From assembly GCA_951406725.2 (NCBI GenBank), contig OX597827.1, forward strand, positions 46,996,001 to 47,060,000: a DNA stretch of 64,000 nucleotides, read 5' to 3'. The notes beneath the pieces are model-generated. The model was not told the DNA's origin and did not search any database. It worked only from the letters and a program-made list of their open reading frames with translations. Source of the DNA: Octopus vulgaris (lineage: Eukaryota). A program made the position numbers and the translations under genes. Below, in pieces: positions 12,910-26,773 of this stretch. Position 1 is the stretch's first letter, and each line of letters begins with the position of its first letter.

Positions 12910-14932
12910 TTCTGTAACCACATTGAGAACTTCCCCTACCATACTATACATAAACAGAAAGCTAACCCAAATTTTAACAATACACAATGGAAAGAACTGA
13001 TAGAACTCCAAAATGATGAAGATATAACCATTAAGGAAGCGGACAAGGGAAATGCAGTTGTAATAATGGATACATCATACTACAGAAATCTTGTAATTTC
13101 CTTGCTTGATGAAGACCTACATTATGAAAAAATTACCAACTACACACCACAAAAAATAATGAAAACTCTATCTTCACTAATTAAAACCCATGAAAAGGAA
13201 CTGACAACCAAAGAGATTGATTTCCTAACAAACTTTAAATGCAAACCTAGCCTTTTCTATGGTCTGCCAAAAATTCATAAAAGTCAAATTATAAATGAAA
13301 CCATTAAAAAATCACCAAAGACATACATACACACACCTAATCCGGGGGACCTAAAACTACGACCCATTGTAGCTGGCCCAACCTGTGAAACACACAGACT
13401 AAGTCTACTTATGGACATCCTCTTGAAACCCTTCCTTAAACATATCGATAGCCATATCAGAGATGACTTAGATATGTTAAACCACCTTCCAAAAAAAACC
13501 AAGGAAGAAACAATCCTGGTTTCATTTGATGTAGTCAACTTGTATACCAGTATACCTCATAATTATGGACTGGAGGCAATACAATTCTGGTTAGACCAAT
13601 TTCCGGAAGAAATACCAAAAAGGATCAGTAAGGAATTCATTACTAAATCAATTGAATTCATCCTACACAATAACCACTTCATGTTTGACAATACATTTTA
13701 CCGTCAAAAATCCGGAATTGCTATGGGTACAAGGGCAGCACCAGTCATTGCGAACTTAACAATGGGATACATGGAAATAATCATTTACCAGGAATCTCTA
13801 TCAATCTTTGGAAACTCCCTCTCTCAATATATAAAAGAGAATTGGAAACGATTCCTAGACGATTGTTTCATTCTCTGGAATGAAAACATAGATAAACTCC
13901 TAAAATTTAAAAACCTATTGAACAGCATAAACCCAAATATACAGTTCACAATGGAATACAACCAAAAGGAGCTCCCGTTCTTGGATATACTAATTAAAAA
14001 AAATTAACCTTAAAATAGAAACAGACATTTTTTACAAAGCCACAGACGCCAAACAATACCTTCTTTTTAATTCATGCCACCCAAGACACACTAAAACAAA
14101 CATACCCTTCAACCTTGCAAGAAGGATATGCACAATAGTGTCAGAACAAAATACCAGGAACTTTAGACTGCAAGAACTCAAAAACACCCTAATTGACAGA
14201 CATTACCCAGCTCAACTCATAGAGGATGGGATCAGACGTGCAACAGAAATCAACATAGAAACTTTAAGAAAAGTTCAACACAACAACACACCTTCCCCGA
14301 AAATACTACCTTACATATCTACATACAACCCCAGAAACAAAGAAGCCTTCACCATCATCACCCAGAATTTACCAATACTTCATAAAAACCCAAAATTAAA
14401 GGAAATTCTAAACATACACCAAATCATTAAAAGCTACAAACAGCCTAAATCACTTATAAAGATTCTCACAAAGGCAAAATTGTCTTCTAAAATTACGGAT
14501 GCAAAAGTAAAAAAATGTGGTAGATCGAACTGTGCAACATGTCCTAACCTATTGGAAGGATCAGAATTCTTCTTTAAAGAAGGACAGAAATTTAAGATCA
14601 AATCTAACTTTACTTGTGCCTCTGAAAACATAATTTATGTTATTAAATGCTCGGGCTGCCACCAAGACTACGTGGGTTCCACGGGACTATCACTCAGGCG
14701 CAGATGCACACTGCATCGACAACAGATTGCATTCCCAGAATATAGAATGATACCTTTTAGTGAGCACATTGAGAAATGCGCAAAGCAACTACTGCCACAA
14801 TTTTTAATCTTCCCATTTTACCAATGTGCTTTCGGATCATCAACACAAATGAGACTGAACAAGGAAACATTCTTCATTGAAAAGTACAAACCCAGACTCA
14901 ACCATCCGAACATACTGACACAGAGAAATTAA
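12910..14932 (+). CDS. PLE reverse transcriptase + GIY-YIG endonuclease (N-truncated; one +1 frameshift in the A run near 14000)
   Basis: PLE motifs ADKGNAVVIMD, YGLPKIHK, LRPIV, SFDVVNLYTSIP, QKSGIAMGT, RFLDD, LPFLD; linker CGRSNCATC; NIIYVIKCSGCHQDYVGST; C-terminal ETFFIEKYKPRLN. Confidence 0.92.
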
Positions 14933-15068
14933 CAAGGAAATGGGAAAAAAATTTTTTAAGCGATTATCTCCCCTACACCGGAAAAAATCACTCACTACCT
15001 CCCCTTATTTAGAAATCTCCTGGAAATAAAAACAACGATAAATCCATGCAATATAAACATAACGTCAC

Positions 15069-15108
15069 AAGAAATTTGAAAAGCTACACGCGAAACCGGT
15101 AATTTCTT
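15069..15108 (+). ncRNA. Minimal HHR-like motif with variant core UUGAAAA
   Basis: AAGAAAT [TTGAAAA] GC-TACAC-GC [GAAA] CCGG [TA] ATTTCTT: 7-bp stem I, 2-bp stem II, palindrome ACCGGT. Confidence 0.6.
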
Positions 15109-15278
15109 TAAAAATTTAAAAATTATGTCATTTTAAGGAAAGGAAAAAAATTTTTCCAATATTCTCCAGACATTTTGACACAAATATATATATCTTTTAA
15201 CATTTAAGCCTTCTGTCGTTTTTTCACACTTTACTATTTTCTTATATATTCACCCACTTTCTTTACCAAACAAACTTT

Positions 15279-15328
<50 letters not shown>

Positions 15329-15641
15329 CACATATAAATGTGCTTACATATGTATATAAACATATATATATATACACACACACACATATATATACATATT
15401 CATGCCTATATCTTATAAATATCTCTATGTATCCATTTACGTATATCTATTTATACACACGCACACACATATACATTTTGTATGTATAAGCACATGCCCA
15501 CACATACATACGTAAGAACAACTAAATTCAATGTATTAAGACAAGCCCTAATGTAATGTAAGCTTGAAGAGTTTCTAGAAAACCAGATGGTCACTATCGA
15601 TCTATGTCATACAGTTTCAAGGCGAGATATTTAAGAGCTGA

Positions 15642-16020
<379 letters not shown>

Positions 16021-16408
16021 CAAATATCACAAATAATTTTCTGCTTACCTACCGGAATATCTATCTATCTATATAAATGCTTCATTGCAATTTTCCCCCG
16101 TATTAGGCATATTTTGTTGCTCTCGTTCAAAAATGTTAACACACGTGCGTTCACATACATATTTAATAAATACTGACCATGTTTATTGTTTATAACTCTG
16201 TGTTTGTATATGTGTGTCTATTTGCCTGTGTTGGTATATAAGTATATATGTATAAATCCATACATACATTCATCTATCCATATATATATCTATACTTAAC
16301 ATGTACATAATATTGGCTATTTCAAATTGACTTCTACACTTAAGTGTATACATACATACATATATACATATATGCACCCACATGGAAACATACACTCATA
16401 CACCCAGA

Positions 16409-16481
<73 letters not shown>

Positions 16482-16659
16482 CATTCTCTCTCTATCTCAT
16501 TCTCTCTCTATCTTTCTAATTATCTCTTACTCTCTCTCTCTCTCTCTCTCTGTATACACACACACACACACGTGTGATTACAACAGAAATAATGACACTG
16601 TATAAAAGAGAAAATAAAAGCTGTCGAAATTAGATATGTGACTCTGAGTCATGAGTTTT

Positions 16660-17060
16660 AAAGTTTTGATGCTACGGTTGTCAACTTCGCCTTTCATCCT
16701 TCCCGGGTCGATAAGACAAGTACCACTCAAGAATTGGACTTGATGTAATCGACTACCCCACTCTCTCTATAATCATTTGCCTTGGGCCAAAATTCCAACA
16801 ATTTTCACGCGCTGTTTTTTAATCAATATTAAGGCGTTGAAGGGCGGCGAGCTGGTAGAATAGTTACTGCGTCGTTCAAAATGTTTAGCCGCATTTCTTC
16901 CAACTTGAATTCCTGAGTTCAAATACCATCTCGATCGCCTTTGTCTTTCATCTTTTTCTGAATCGATGATCACTAGTACCAGTTGATCACTAGGAACGAT
17001 TCAATCGACATGTCCTTCCTCCATATCGTCAGGCGTTGTGCCTATGTTATAAAGGATAAT
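16660..17060 (+). mobile_element. Decayed family B SINEs
   Basis: gtcaacttcgcctttcatccttcccgggtcgataa and ggcggcgagctggtagaa. Confidence 0.7.
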
Positions 17061-17370
17061 AAGGGTGTCAGATTTGCAAAATCGTACGAGCGTCGAAAAA
17101 ATGCCTTGTGGTATTTTGAACTCAGACGCTATAGAGCGTCGGAGTTCAAATCCTGCAGCGTTCAACTCAGCTTTTAGTCTTTGTGGGATTAATGAAATAA
17201 AGAACCACTCGCATAAACACCCATTGGGTCTCTGTAAAATTCCCGCGCATCGAAATTCGCTTCCAAGCTTTAAATCAGTCCAATGCTACAGTAGCGGGAA
17301 TTGAACCGTGAATCTGTTGATCGCAAAGTAGGCGCCATAACCTACTGCCATACTTGCATCCACTGATCTC

Positions 17371-17373
<3 letters not shown>

Positions 17374-17404
<31 letters not shown>

Positions 17405-17928
17405 TATGCATTTGTGTGTGAATGTGTGCTTGCAGGTGTTTGAACATATGCGTGCATGTGTTTGAATGTATGTGTGCGTGCAGGTGTGTGAATGTGTGTG
17501 TGTGATGAGTTTCTGTGTGTGTGCTTGTGTGTGTGAATGTGTGCGTGCAGGTGTGTGAATCTGTGTGTGAGTGTGTTTCTGTGTCCTTGTGTGTGTGTGT
17601 GTGTGTGCGAATGTGTGCGTGCTGGTGTGTGAATGTGTGTGTGAGTGTGTTTCTGCGTGTGACCTTGTGTGTGAATGTGTGTGTTAATGTGTGCATGCAA
17701 GTGTGTGAATGTGTGTGTGTGTGTGTGTGTGAATGTGTGCGTGCAGATGTGTGATTGTGTATGTGTGTGTGAACGTGTGCGTGCAGATGCGTGAATGTGT
17801 GCGTGCAGGTGTGTGAATGTGTGTGTGAGTGTGTGTGAATGTGTGCATGCAGACGCGTGAATGTGTGCGTGAAAGTGTGTGATTGTGTGTGTGCATGCAG
17901 GTGTGTTTGTGTGTGTGTGTGTGTGTGT
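17374..17928. repeat. TG-rich degenerate minisatellite (gtgtgtgaat/gtgtgcgtgcag units)
   Basis: Direct reading. Confidence 0.9.
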
Positions 17929-18513
17929 AGGGAAAAAAGGAATATCCGGAGATGAGAGGGTCGATTGTTACGTTACGTTGATTACGTAGACTGCAGCTGA
18001 CGTTGACCTCAAGTTTTAGTTTATTTTCGTAGCACTTTGTACTTCTGTATTGATTTCTGTGCGACTAAAATCATACTTCCGTTTCTGTTCCCGTGTAATT
18101 GTTGGCGTCCATATTGGCTCGCTTCCTCTCTGTCCAGTCTTCAAGAATAATGACCATTGAAATGTTTTTTCTTTGTCTCTTTGCCTGTTAGTAGTTTTTA
18201 AATTTAGTTAAATGTTATATGTTTTTTCTACATTTTTGTTTTCACAAATTTTTTGTCGAATTTTCCCCTTATATCAAGTTTTTTTCTTTCTTTCACAATG
18301 TAATGAACTTTCAGTTCTTGTTTTTATTTAATTAGTTTGTTGTGATATTGAACTGTCAAAATTTGAAGAACACCAGACAAAATATGTCTTGCAAAATTAG
18401 GCACAACTTTTTCAATACTGAGTTCAAATCCTGTTGGGGATGGCCGTTACCTTTAATGTCACTCCGATGTCGATAAGCCAAATTTCCAAAGAAGGACTAG
18501 AATTGGGCTAATC

Positions 18514-18798
18514 GACTACGGTCATGCTGGAGCACGCTATGAAACATATTCGTCATTGCTGATAGCATTTGTACCTGCGCGATGTTACCCAAATGAATTT
18601 CTATTCCATCACCTTAACACAATGGTTGCTCCCTTTTGTGTCTATATACACAAACATCATTTTGTCACTTCTTTGTGTTTTTTGGACTACAGTCATACTG
18701 GAGCATACTATGAAACATATTCGTCATTGCTGATAGCATTTGTACCTACGCGATGTTACCCAAATGAATTTCTATTCCATCACCTTAACACAATGGTT
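18514..18798 (+). repeat. ~114 bp direct repeat (18514-18627 and 18685-18798)
   Basis: gactac(g/a)gtcat(g/a)ctggagca...catcaccttaacacaatggtt occurs twice. Confidence 0.9.
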
Positions 18799-19844
18799 AC
18801 TTATATAAAAACAACTGGAAGAGTAGATTTCTGGTTCTCCTATGTAGTTTCTGTTCATTTTTTTTGCAGTTTACTTATCTGCAAACTTATAGTCAAGTTA
18901 GAATTTATGATCAGTAATGTTAGTCTTTTTATGTTTAAATCTTATTTCCATTGGACCTACTTAAAAATAAAAAAAAAACATCGAATTTATCTGACCGATA
19001 TAATAAAGTAGTGGTCAGTTACTAGTGTCGATGGTTTAGACGAATCACTCTCCCCTCAAAATAATTGACGTTGTGTGTAAATCTAAAACCAACATGGTTT
19101 GAATTTCCAGGATAACCTGAGCTCAGCATTTTGTGGCAAAGAGACCTTCGTCAAATTTAGGATGCTACCACTACTTTCAGTGGTGAAACATTATCATTGA
19201 ATACTTTCTTATATATAGCAAGCTGAATCAAAATCGTTGGGTGAAACTATTTTGTCTCTATTATTTTAAGTCGCAGATCAGATCTAATGCAACAAATCTA
19301 TGATCGAAGAATTTCCATTTGCGACCATTCCAACTTTTATTTAGATATTACACGCATAGGGCTGTGAAGACACGTGGCCTCATGATTAAAATATTGAGTT
19401 CATGATCGCCAGATCGTGGGCTGGACTCTAGGGCTGGACTCTAGGACTGGATGGTGCTTTGCGGAGCAAGATACTTCATTGGCCGTTACTACAGTCCCCT
19501 TAGCTAAAAGTAACCAGAAGCAATTGCTGCGAATTAACCCTGCAACATATTAAGGGTCAGTTAAGTGGGTACACCTGTAATTTCCATGGTGTAAACGTCA
19601 CGAAAATCCAAATAACCTGTAACCTCATAAACATGTAGAAGCGAGGCAGACAGCCCTATCTTGAACTACAGTATCTGTCCTTCTCGTTTTGAAGACGGTC
19701 GGGTGTAATTTCAGAGAGATTTGACTGTTATTGTTAAGCATCAAACCACCATGTAGAGCCTTAAATATTTTTGACCGTGCAGTGTGTCTCGCTAGATGTG
19801 TAAATTGTATGAATTAATTGAATGCTGTTTCATCCCGGAATCGG

Positions 19845-20600
19845 CCACGGTGTCGTTGTCAAGCATGCGTTTATCTTGAACATGATACAAACCGTTGTAA
19901 ATAAAATTGAATATTAGTCATATATTAACATTGTAATAATTTTATCATTTGTAATTTATAAAGTAAATATTAAAATGTTTATTAAAATCCTTGTCGATTT
20001 AACAAATCATTTTGATAAAAGCATATAAAAATACAAAGGATGATGGTGATGATGGAGAAGAAGTTGGAGATTGATGGAGAAGATGAAGGAGAAAATGAGA
20101 AATGTAAAGGGAAAATACGAAGAAAAGTAACGAATCTGGAATGTAAACAAATAATGATAATGGTAATAGAATATTAATACTACCAATAATAATCCGGTTT
20201 GAATCGAAACGGTGTTGTTGACATGCGTACATTAGTAATTCCTTTTTGTTCTCATGATGCCAATCATTGTAAATATAATTAAATATTAGCTACATATTAA
20301 CGAGGTAATAATATTATGATTTGTAAATTTTTTGAGTAAATAATATTACAATGTTTATTAAAATCCTTGTCGATTCAACAAAAGCATTTCGATGAAAGCG
20401 AAAATAAAGAGAGAAAATGCAAATGAAGAAGAAGGAGAAAGGGAAAAATGATGGTGAAGAGGAAGGAGAAGGAGAAGAAGAGGAAGAGGAAGAAAACTAG
20501 GAGAGAGGCGGGGGAACACATAAAGATGGTGCTGAATAAGAACGAAATGAAGAAGAGAAAATAAAGAAAATGGCGAACAAAATACGAAAGCAAATAAATG
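19845..20600 (+). repeat. Diverged tandem duplication, period ~370 bp
   Basis: aatgtttattaaaatccttgtcgatt at ~19975 and ~20351, each preceded by alignable AT-rich sequence and followed by a GA-rich tract. Confidence 0.75.
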
Positions 20601-20649
20601 ATAATACTGATTTCTTTCCGATTTTGGCTCAATTTCAGCACTTTTTAGA

Positions 20650-21348
20650 GGAGAGGTTATTTGGTCATGTCGACCCCAGTACATGACTGGTATTTTAAAT
20701 TATTGATCACGGGAGAATGAAAAACATCGTATGCCTCGGTGGGATTTGTACTTTGAACAACAAGTCTGATGAAATGCCGCTTTGCATTTTGTCCGGCTTG
20801 TTAAAATTTCGGCCAGTTTGCTGCCATAGTAATCTTTTCGACCATAGGTACAAGGCCTGAAATTTGTCGGGAAGGGACTAGTCGATTATATCGACCCCAG
20901 TGTTTCACTGGTACTTAATTTATCGACCTCGAAAGGATGAAAGGCAAAGTCGACCTCGGTGGAATTTGAACTCAGAACGTAGCAATGGCAGAAATACCGC
21001 TTAGCATTTCGTCCAGCGCTCTAACGATTCTGCCAGCTCACCACCTTAATGATAATAATAACAACAACAACAGCAATATTGATTTCAATTTTTGGTACAA
21101 GACCAGCAATTTCAAGAGTGGGGGAAAACGGATTCCTACCATAGGGCCAAGGCCTGAAATTTGTGGGGGTGGGGGAGACTAGCCGATTAGATCGACCCCA
21201 ATGTTTCACTGGTATTTATTTTATCGACCCCGAAGAATAAAAATCAAAGTCGACCTTGGCGGAATTTGAACTCAGAAATTAAAGACAGGCGAAACACCGC
21301 TAAGCATTTTTTACCGACGTGCTAAAGATTCTACCAGCTCGCCGACTT
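20650..21348 (-). mobile_element. Cluster of three family B SINEs
   Basis: Repeated atcgacccc...ggatgaaaggcaaagtcgacctcgg..gaatttgaactcagaa...ccagctcgcc. Confidence 0.85.
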
Positions 21349-22669
21349 AATGATAAAAATAACAACAACAATATTAATATTAATGGTCATGATATTCACG
21401 ATGATGATGATGATGATGATATTATTATAATCATGGTGATAATTATAAAGTGATGAACAAAAGAAAGAAAACAAAAACAATGAAATAAAGAAGTTTGAAG
21501 AAAATAAGCTCAAAAACACCAACCAACAAACAAGGATTAACTTGATAGAGCCAAAACCTGAGTGGAAGTAATAATAAGACCTCAAATGAAATGAATAAAT
21601 AAATAAATAAATAGGCGAATACGGCAATGGGGAACGTCTCCAGTGAAGCTTAAACAAGATGTAATAATTTATTTCGGATTCTTTGCGATGTATGATTACC
21701 ATTTTTCCATATCTTCCCTATTTTATTTCTATCTTTAAATGTGTTTGTTACTATTTCGTGTTCATTTTCAAATTCTTTGCATGTTTATTTCTCTTCCATT
21801 ACGTTTTCCTTTTCGCTTTTCGGTATTTGTTAATTACGTGTTAGTGGTTAAAGAAGATTGGAAAAAACCCCTTAAAAAAACAAAGCAAATTGTAACATCA
21901 TTGGTGATCGTGATTCTTGTTTAAGGCATTTATAACGTGAACAAAATACATGTACAACCGAAACTCGAAAACTTCTGCAAGCACACCGAGAAATGTGTTT
22001 TTCTATGGCATTTACCACGCCATAGTAATTATGGCGAAAAATAAAATCTGTTTGAACATTCGCAAATTCAGCCTGATCACCGAGTATTATCTGCTTCTTT
22101 ATAACACTGCTCCCTCAGCAGGGATTGCCCTGCTAATAGCTATTGCATCGTGTAAAGAGGCAGCCCGACACATCGAGCTATCTACTTTTATGTGCACCTC
22201 GCAGCAGGGGTTGTGAAAATAATGATGGCTGTTTGATCACGCGCATATTAAGCACGGGCAGCGAGAGTTTCCAGCAAATTCATGGCAATTATCTCTCAAT
22301 AGGGTTTCTGGAGATATATAAAATCTGTTTGATGGTGCACAAATTCAGCACGATTCGACTGCAACTTGTTTGAACTGTTCCAACCAAATCATTTAATAAT
22401 TTCCGAAAGGTACATTGACAATTATAGCTATTATAGCTATTGCAGCTGTTTAGCGGGATGAAAATTAATGAATGGATCCTAGTATATTACTGGTGTTTAT
22501 TTTATCGACGCCAGAAACATGGGATATAGAAGCCAGCTCTAGCAATATACAGAAGCCATCCAAATTTTATATCGCAACCCTTCTGTCAATAACCGTTTAA
22601 GAAGTTGATTTATGGAAAAATGAATGAAGAGAGTGAACTGACTCAGTGTATTTAATCATATTTGTCTAC

Positions 22670-23262
22670 AGCGAGAAATTACCGCTAAGTATTTCGTCCA
22701 GCGTGCTAACGATTCTTTTCTATACTAGGCACAAGGCCCAAAATTTTGGGGGAGGGGGCCAGTCTATTAGATCGACCATAGTACTCAACTGGTACTTAAT
22801 TTATCGACCCCGAAAGGATGAAAAGCAAAGTCGACCTCGGTGGAATTTGAATTCAGAAGGTAAAGACAGATGAAATAACGCTAAGCATTTCGCCCGGCGT
22901 GTTAACATTTCTCCCATCTCGCCGCCTTTCTTTAGTTTGTAATAATCCTTTCTAGTAAAGGCACAAGGCCTGAAATTTTGTGGGAGGGGATTAGTCGATT
23001 AGATCTACCCCAGTTCTCAACTGGTACTTAATTTATCGACTTCGAAAAGATGAAAGGCAATGCCGACTTCAGCGGATTTTGAACTCAGAACATGGCTACG
23101 GGCGAAATACCTATTTCTTTACTACCCACAAGGGGTTAAACACAGAGAGGACTATAGAAGAAGTTATAGAAGATGACACTTGCCCAAGGTGCTACGCAGT
23201 GGGACTGAACCCAAAACCATGTGGCTGGGAAGTAAACTACATACCACACAACCACTTTTTCG
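22670..23262 (-). mobile_element. Chimeric cluster: family B SINE multimers plus a family A head
   Basis: Family B cores at ~22800 and ~23035; cacttgcccaaggtgctacgcagtgggactgaaccc at ~23180. Confidence 0.85.
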
Positions 23263-23912
23263 CCTATGTTTTCTCGTTTTGAGAATATGAAGGGGAACGT
23301 CTTCTACGCAATATCTAGAACAACAAGCGATGTAGCATAACAGTTCCAATGGAAGCTGATTCTAGTAGTGCGCATAATATGATGGAAGCGTTATGGTTAC
23401 TGGTGAACTGGTCGTTATTGGTTTGGTCTCGGTTGCTGTAGTTATTTAGCATGAAGTCAATTGTGATGAAACAGGCGTACAATCAAAAGCATTCCAGCTG
23501 TGACCACTTCATCTTTTTCATGTGTGCAAGGTATCCTGGACCACATTATCAAATGTATCATTTTCTAAAACGGCAGGAAATGATTTGAATGAAACTTGGC
23601 TGCTATTTCTAACCTGATGAATAACCACTTAAGAACACCTTCGTTAGTTTAGAGAAATACTTGTTTGTTCTTTTTGTGGTTCTTTAAACTCATGAAAGAC
23701 CTAATTCAGCAGACTTACAATCAACATCAATCCATCCATGACCATGCAGCTTTTTCCCTATGTGTAAGAGATTCTGGACTGCATTATTCCATTATACAAT
23801 TGGCATCGTTTTAGGCGAGGGGTTGGCGAACCTCAAGTGGGGTAAAAATGAAATTCTTGCGGATAATGAAGCCTCATTAGACATAAGTAAAATTTAATTT
23901 TGACATTGAAAG

Positions 23913-24270
23913 TTACCCCAACAGCAGAACAGGGCGCCACTGCATGGTGCGAAAGATCCCAGCATCACCATCAAAATACAGGACCAGATACTGCAACAGC
24001 TTGGGTTTCAGGGGACCACAACTCTTAATCGTCCTTCCTAAATGCCTGAGAGACCTGCATGGTGTGGATGTGGGTTTCTTTAAAACTAAACTGGATCTCT
24101 TCTTGTCAGGGGTTCCAGATGAACCTACTTCTCGGTAGGAAACACAGATGCGAGCAGCGGCGTCGAACTCCCTTGTTGACCAAGTGCCACGTATCAGAAG
24201 TGGTTTCACATACTAGTGTAGCACATTCAACGGTGGTGCCCCAGCATGGCCGCAGCTTTCGGGCTGAAAT
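23913..24270 (+). pseudogene. CR1-group LINE ORF2 3' fragment
   Basis: NSLGFRGPQLLIVLPKCLRDL...FKTKLDLFLSGVPDEP resembles the CR1/L2-group ORF2 C-terminus. Confidence 0.8.
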
Positions 24271-24696
24271 ATTTTTATGGTTTTAAGGATTTAAATACAA
24301 AACGTGTTCCTTGTTGCGACAGAAAATTTTCTGGCAGCACTACCTTTGTTTAATGTAACTGAAAAAGAGTCAATAAACATTTTGAATTCGAAGAATCTAT
24401 GATTTTCTTCCATTGAATCAAGGGGATAACGTCAGTGTAAATGAATATATTTTGGGTCAACTGGTTAAAAATATTCCCTGATTCCTCTCCTAGGTAGTAG
24501 TGTGTTACTTGAAAAAGAATAACCTGTTGTTTCTAGTGGATCGAGTGACACGTAAAAGCTCCCTCCCTGGTTCGTACATATCCCTGATGTTTAAAAATGG
24601 TTGTCGGTGGTTAACAATGGTTAACCGTTGTTAACGATGTATAACTTTAGAAAGAAATATAATTCTTGCTATATATGCCCTAATATATATATATAA

Positions 24697-25298
24697 GACA
24701 AAACATCTCCAGAATTGAGTCACCCCAGAGGGCACTCACTAAACAAATTGAAGGCATGGCTGCTCTCGACTATTGGGATCGCCTTAAAGCCTTGAAACTT
24801 TACTCCCTCCAGCGTCGCTGTGAGCGGTACATCATTTGTACGATGTGGAAAATATACCGCCAACTTTGCCCAAACGACCTAAACATTAGCTTCAAGGTTC
24901 ATCCGAGACTTGGACCACGGGCTATACGTCCCCTGCCAAATTCAAGATCACAACATACATGTACACTGCAACATAATTTCTTTTCCTCAACAGGCCCTGC
25001 CCTATTTAACATTGTCCCGAGGGAGATCAAAGAGGAAAAGGATCCCATCAACTTCAAACAGAGTCTGGATAGATTCCTTCAAAGAATACCAGACAAGCCA
25101 CCCATAATTGGATACAACTCACCCAACAAGAACTCACTACTTGAACAAAACTGGATACAACTCACCCAACAAGAACTCACTACTTGAACAAAACTTGACT
25201 TAAACAGGATTCGAATAATCCTATCAGGTGGTGCTATTAAGTTAGACATGGCCTGGACCAATCTCTGGTCGAAACATATCTAAGTTTATCTAAGTTTA
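24697..25298 (+). pseudogene. CR1-group LINE 3' end (ORF 24756-25187) with short tandem tail
   Basis: YWDRLKALKLYSLQRRCERY...GPALFNIVP...FKQSLDRFLQRIPDKP; tail atctaagttt x2; internal ~44 bp tandem duplication at ~25110-25197; TA-rich flanks. Confidence 0.87.
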
Positions 25299-25907
25299 TA
25301 TATTCTATTATCTGTTTTCTTATTGACATTAACATTTGCTAGTTCAGCAAAATAGATAGATGGGAAAATAAATAAATAAATAACGATAATAATTATAATA
25401 TATTATATATAATAAGAAATAAACATATAAAGGTAAAAATAAAAAAGTAAACAATAAATTAATAATGAAAAACAAAACATATATAAAATAAAAATAACAA
25501 TCAAACAATGTAAACATCAAAAATTAAATATTAAAAAATAAAAATGAATATAAAAATAATACAAATAAAAAAAGCTGTCGAAACAACGTTAATCAACATT
25601 AAAAACTAATCAATTTCCTATCATTCATTTCTCTGCTGTCTTGTCATCAATGGAGCGGACTGTGCTTGCTTTGCTTCGATTCTTCTGTTTTAATTAAAAA
25701 CAAAGAAGAGGAAAACCTAACATGAATTTGACAACAGCGTTAATTGGATTGGTCGAGCAGTTTGACACCTACAACAAGAATCTCTATATAGTTGCTCGAC
25801 CTGCTAGAAATAGCTGCCAAAGATATCTCAAATAACACCTCATCTCGGTATATGTAAATGGAAGGAAGACACACAAGATAAATATAGCACTGGATAAGTA
25901 AAAATAC

Positions 25908-26136
25908 AAGAGAACATTATTTTAGAACACTTTTGATGACAGGGCTCATGGATTAACGCTAATCTGGAGGATAAACAACGAATAGTATCAACAACTACAG
26001 GAGCTAACTTCTTGACAAAGAACATTCTTTCGAAATCTGTTTTCAACACCACAGGTTTAGGAATATTTAAAAGAAAACTTCGTAAAAATAAAAGAAAATA
26101 TCCGAGATTTTTGTCAGGAACTAACGAGATAAAGTC

Positions 26137-26204
<68 letters not shown>

Positions 26205-26226
26205 CAACAACAACAACAACAATAAC

Positions 26227-26273
<47 letters not shown>

Positions 26274-26577
26274 ATGCCCTGTTGCAGTAGTAAAAATATC
26301 TTATGGCTTCTGACCTTAGATAACTGGAAGAGAACATTATTTTAGAACACTTTTGATGACAGGGCTCATGGATTAACGCTAATCTGGAGGATAAACAACG
26401 AATAGTGCGCTGTTAATTTTGATATGAGTCAACAACTACAGGAGCTAACTTCTTGACAAAGAACATTCTTTCGAAATCTGTTTTCAACACCACAGGTTTA
26501 GGAATATTTAAAAGAAAACTTCGTAAAAATAAAAGAAAATATCCGAGATTTTTGTCAGGAACTAACGAGATAAAGTC

Positions 26578-26642
<65 letters not shown>

Positions 26643-26664
26643 CAACAACAACAACAACAATAAC

Positions 26665-26714
<50 letters not shown>

Positions 26715-26773
26715 ATGCCCTGTTGCAGTACCAGACAGTGGATCTTATGGCTTCTGACCTTAGATAACTGGAA
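25908..26773 (+). repeat. ~420-440 bp tandem duplication including (AAT)n/(AAC)n
   Basis: Units start aagagaacattattttagaac at 25908 and 26328; near-identical. Confidence 0.9.

Larger units (their letters stand above)
12909..15280 (+). mobile_element. PLE (Neptune-like), 5'-truncated, right arm of palindrome
   Basis: RT and GIY-YIG ORF, then ~350 bp 3' region with HHR-like motif, ending at (TA)n. Confidence 0.93.

Noticed and set aside
18556-19011. 151-aa ORF with an internal repeat
   Set aside because: Arises from the 114-bp DNA duplication, has a non-ATG start and no protein signature.
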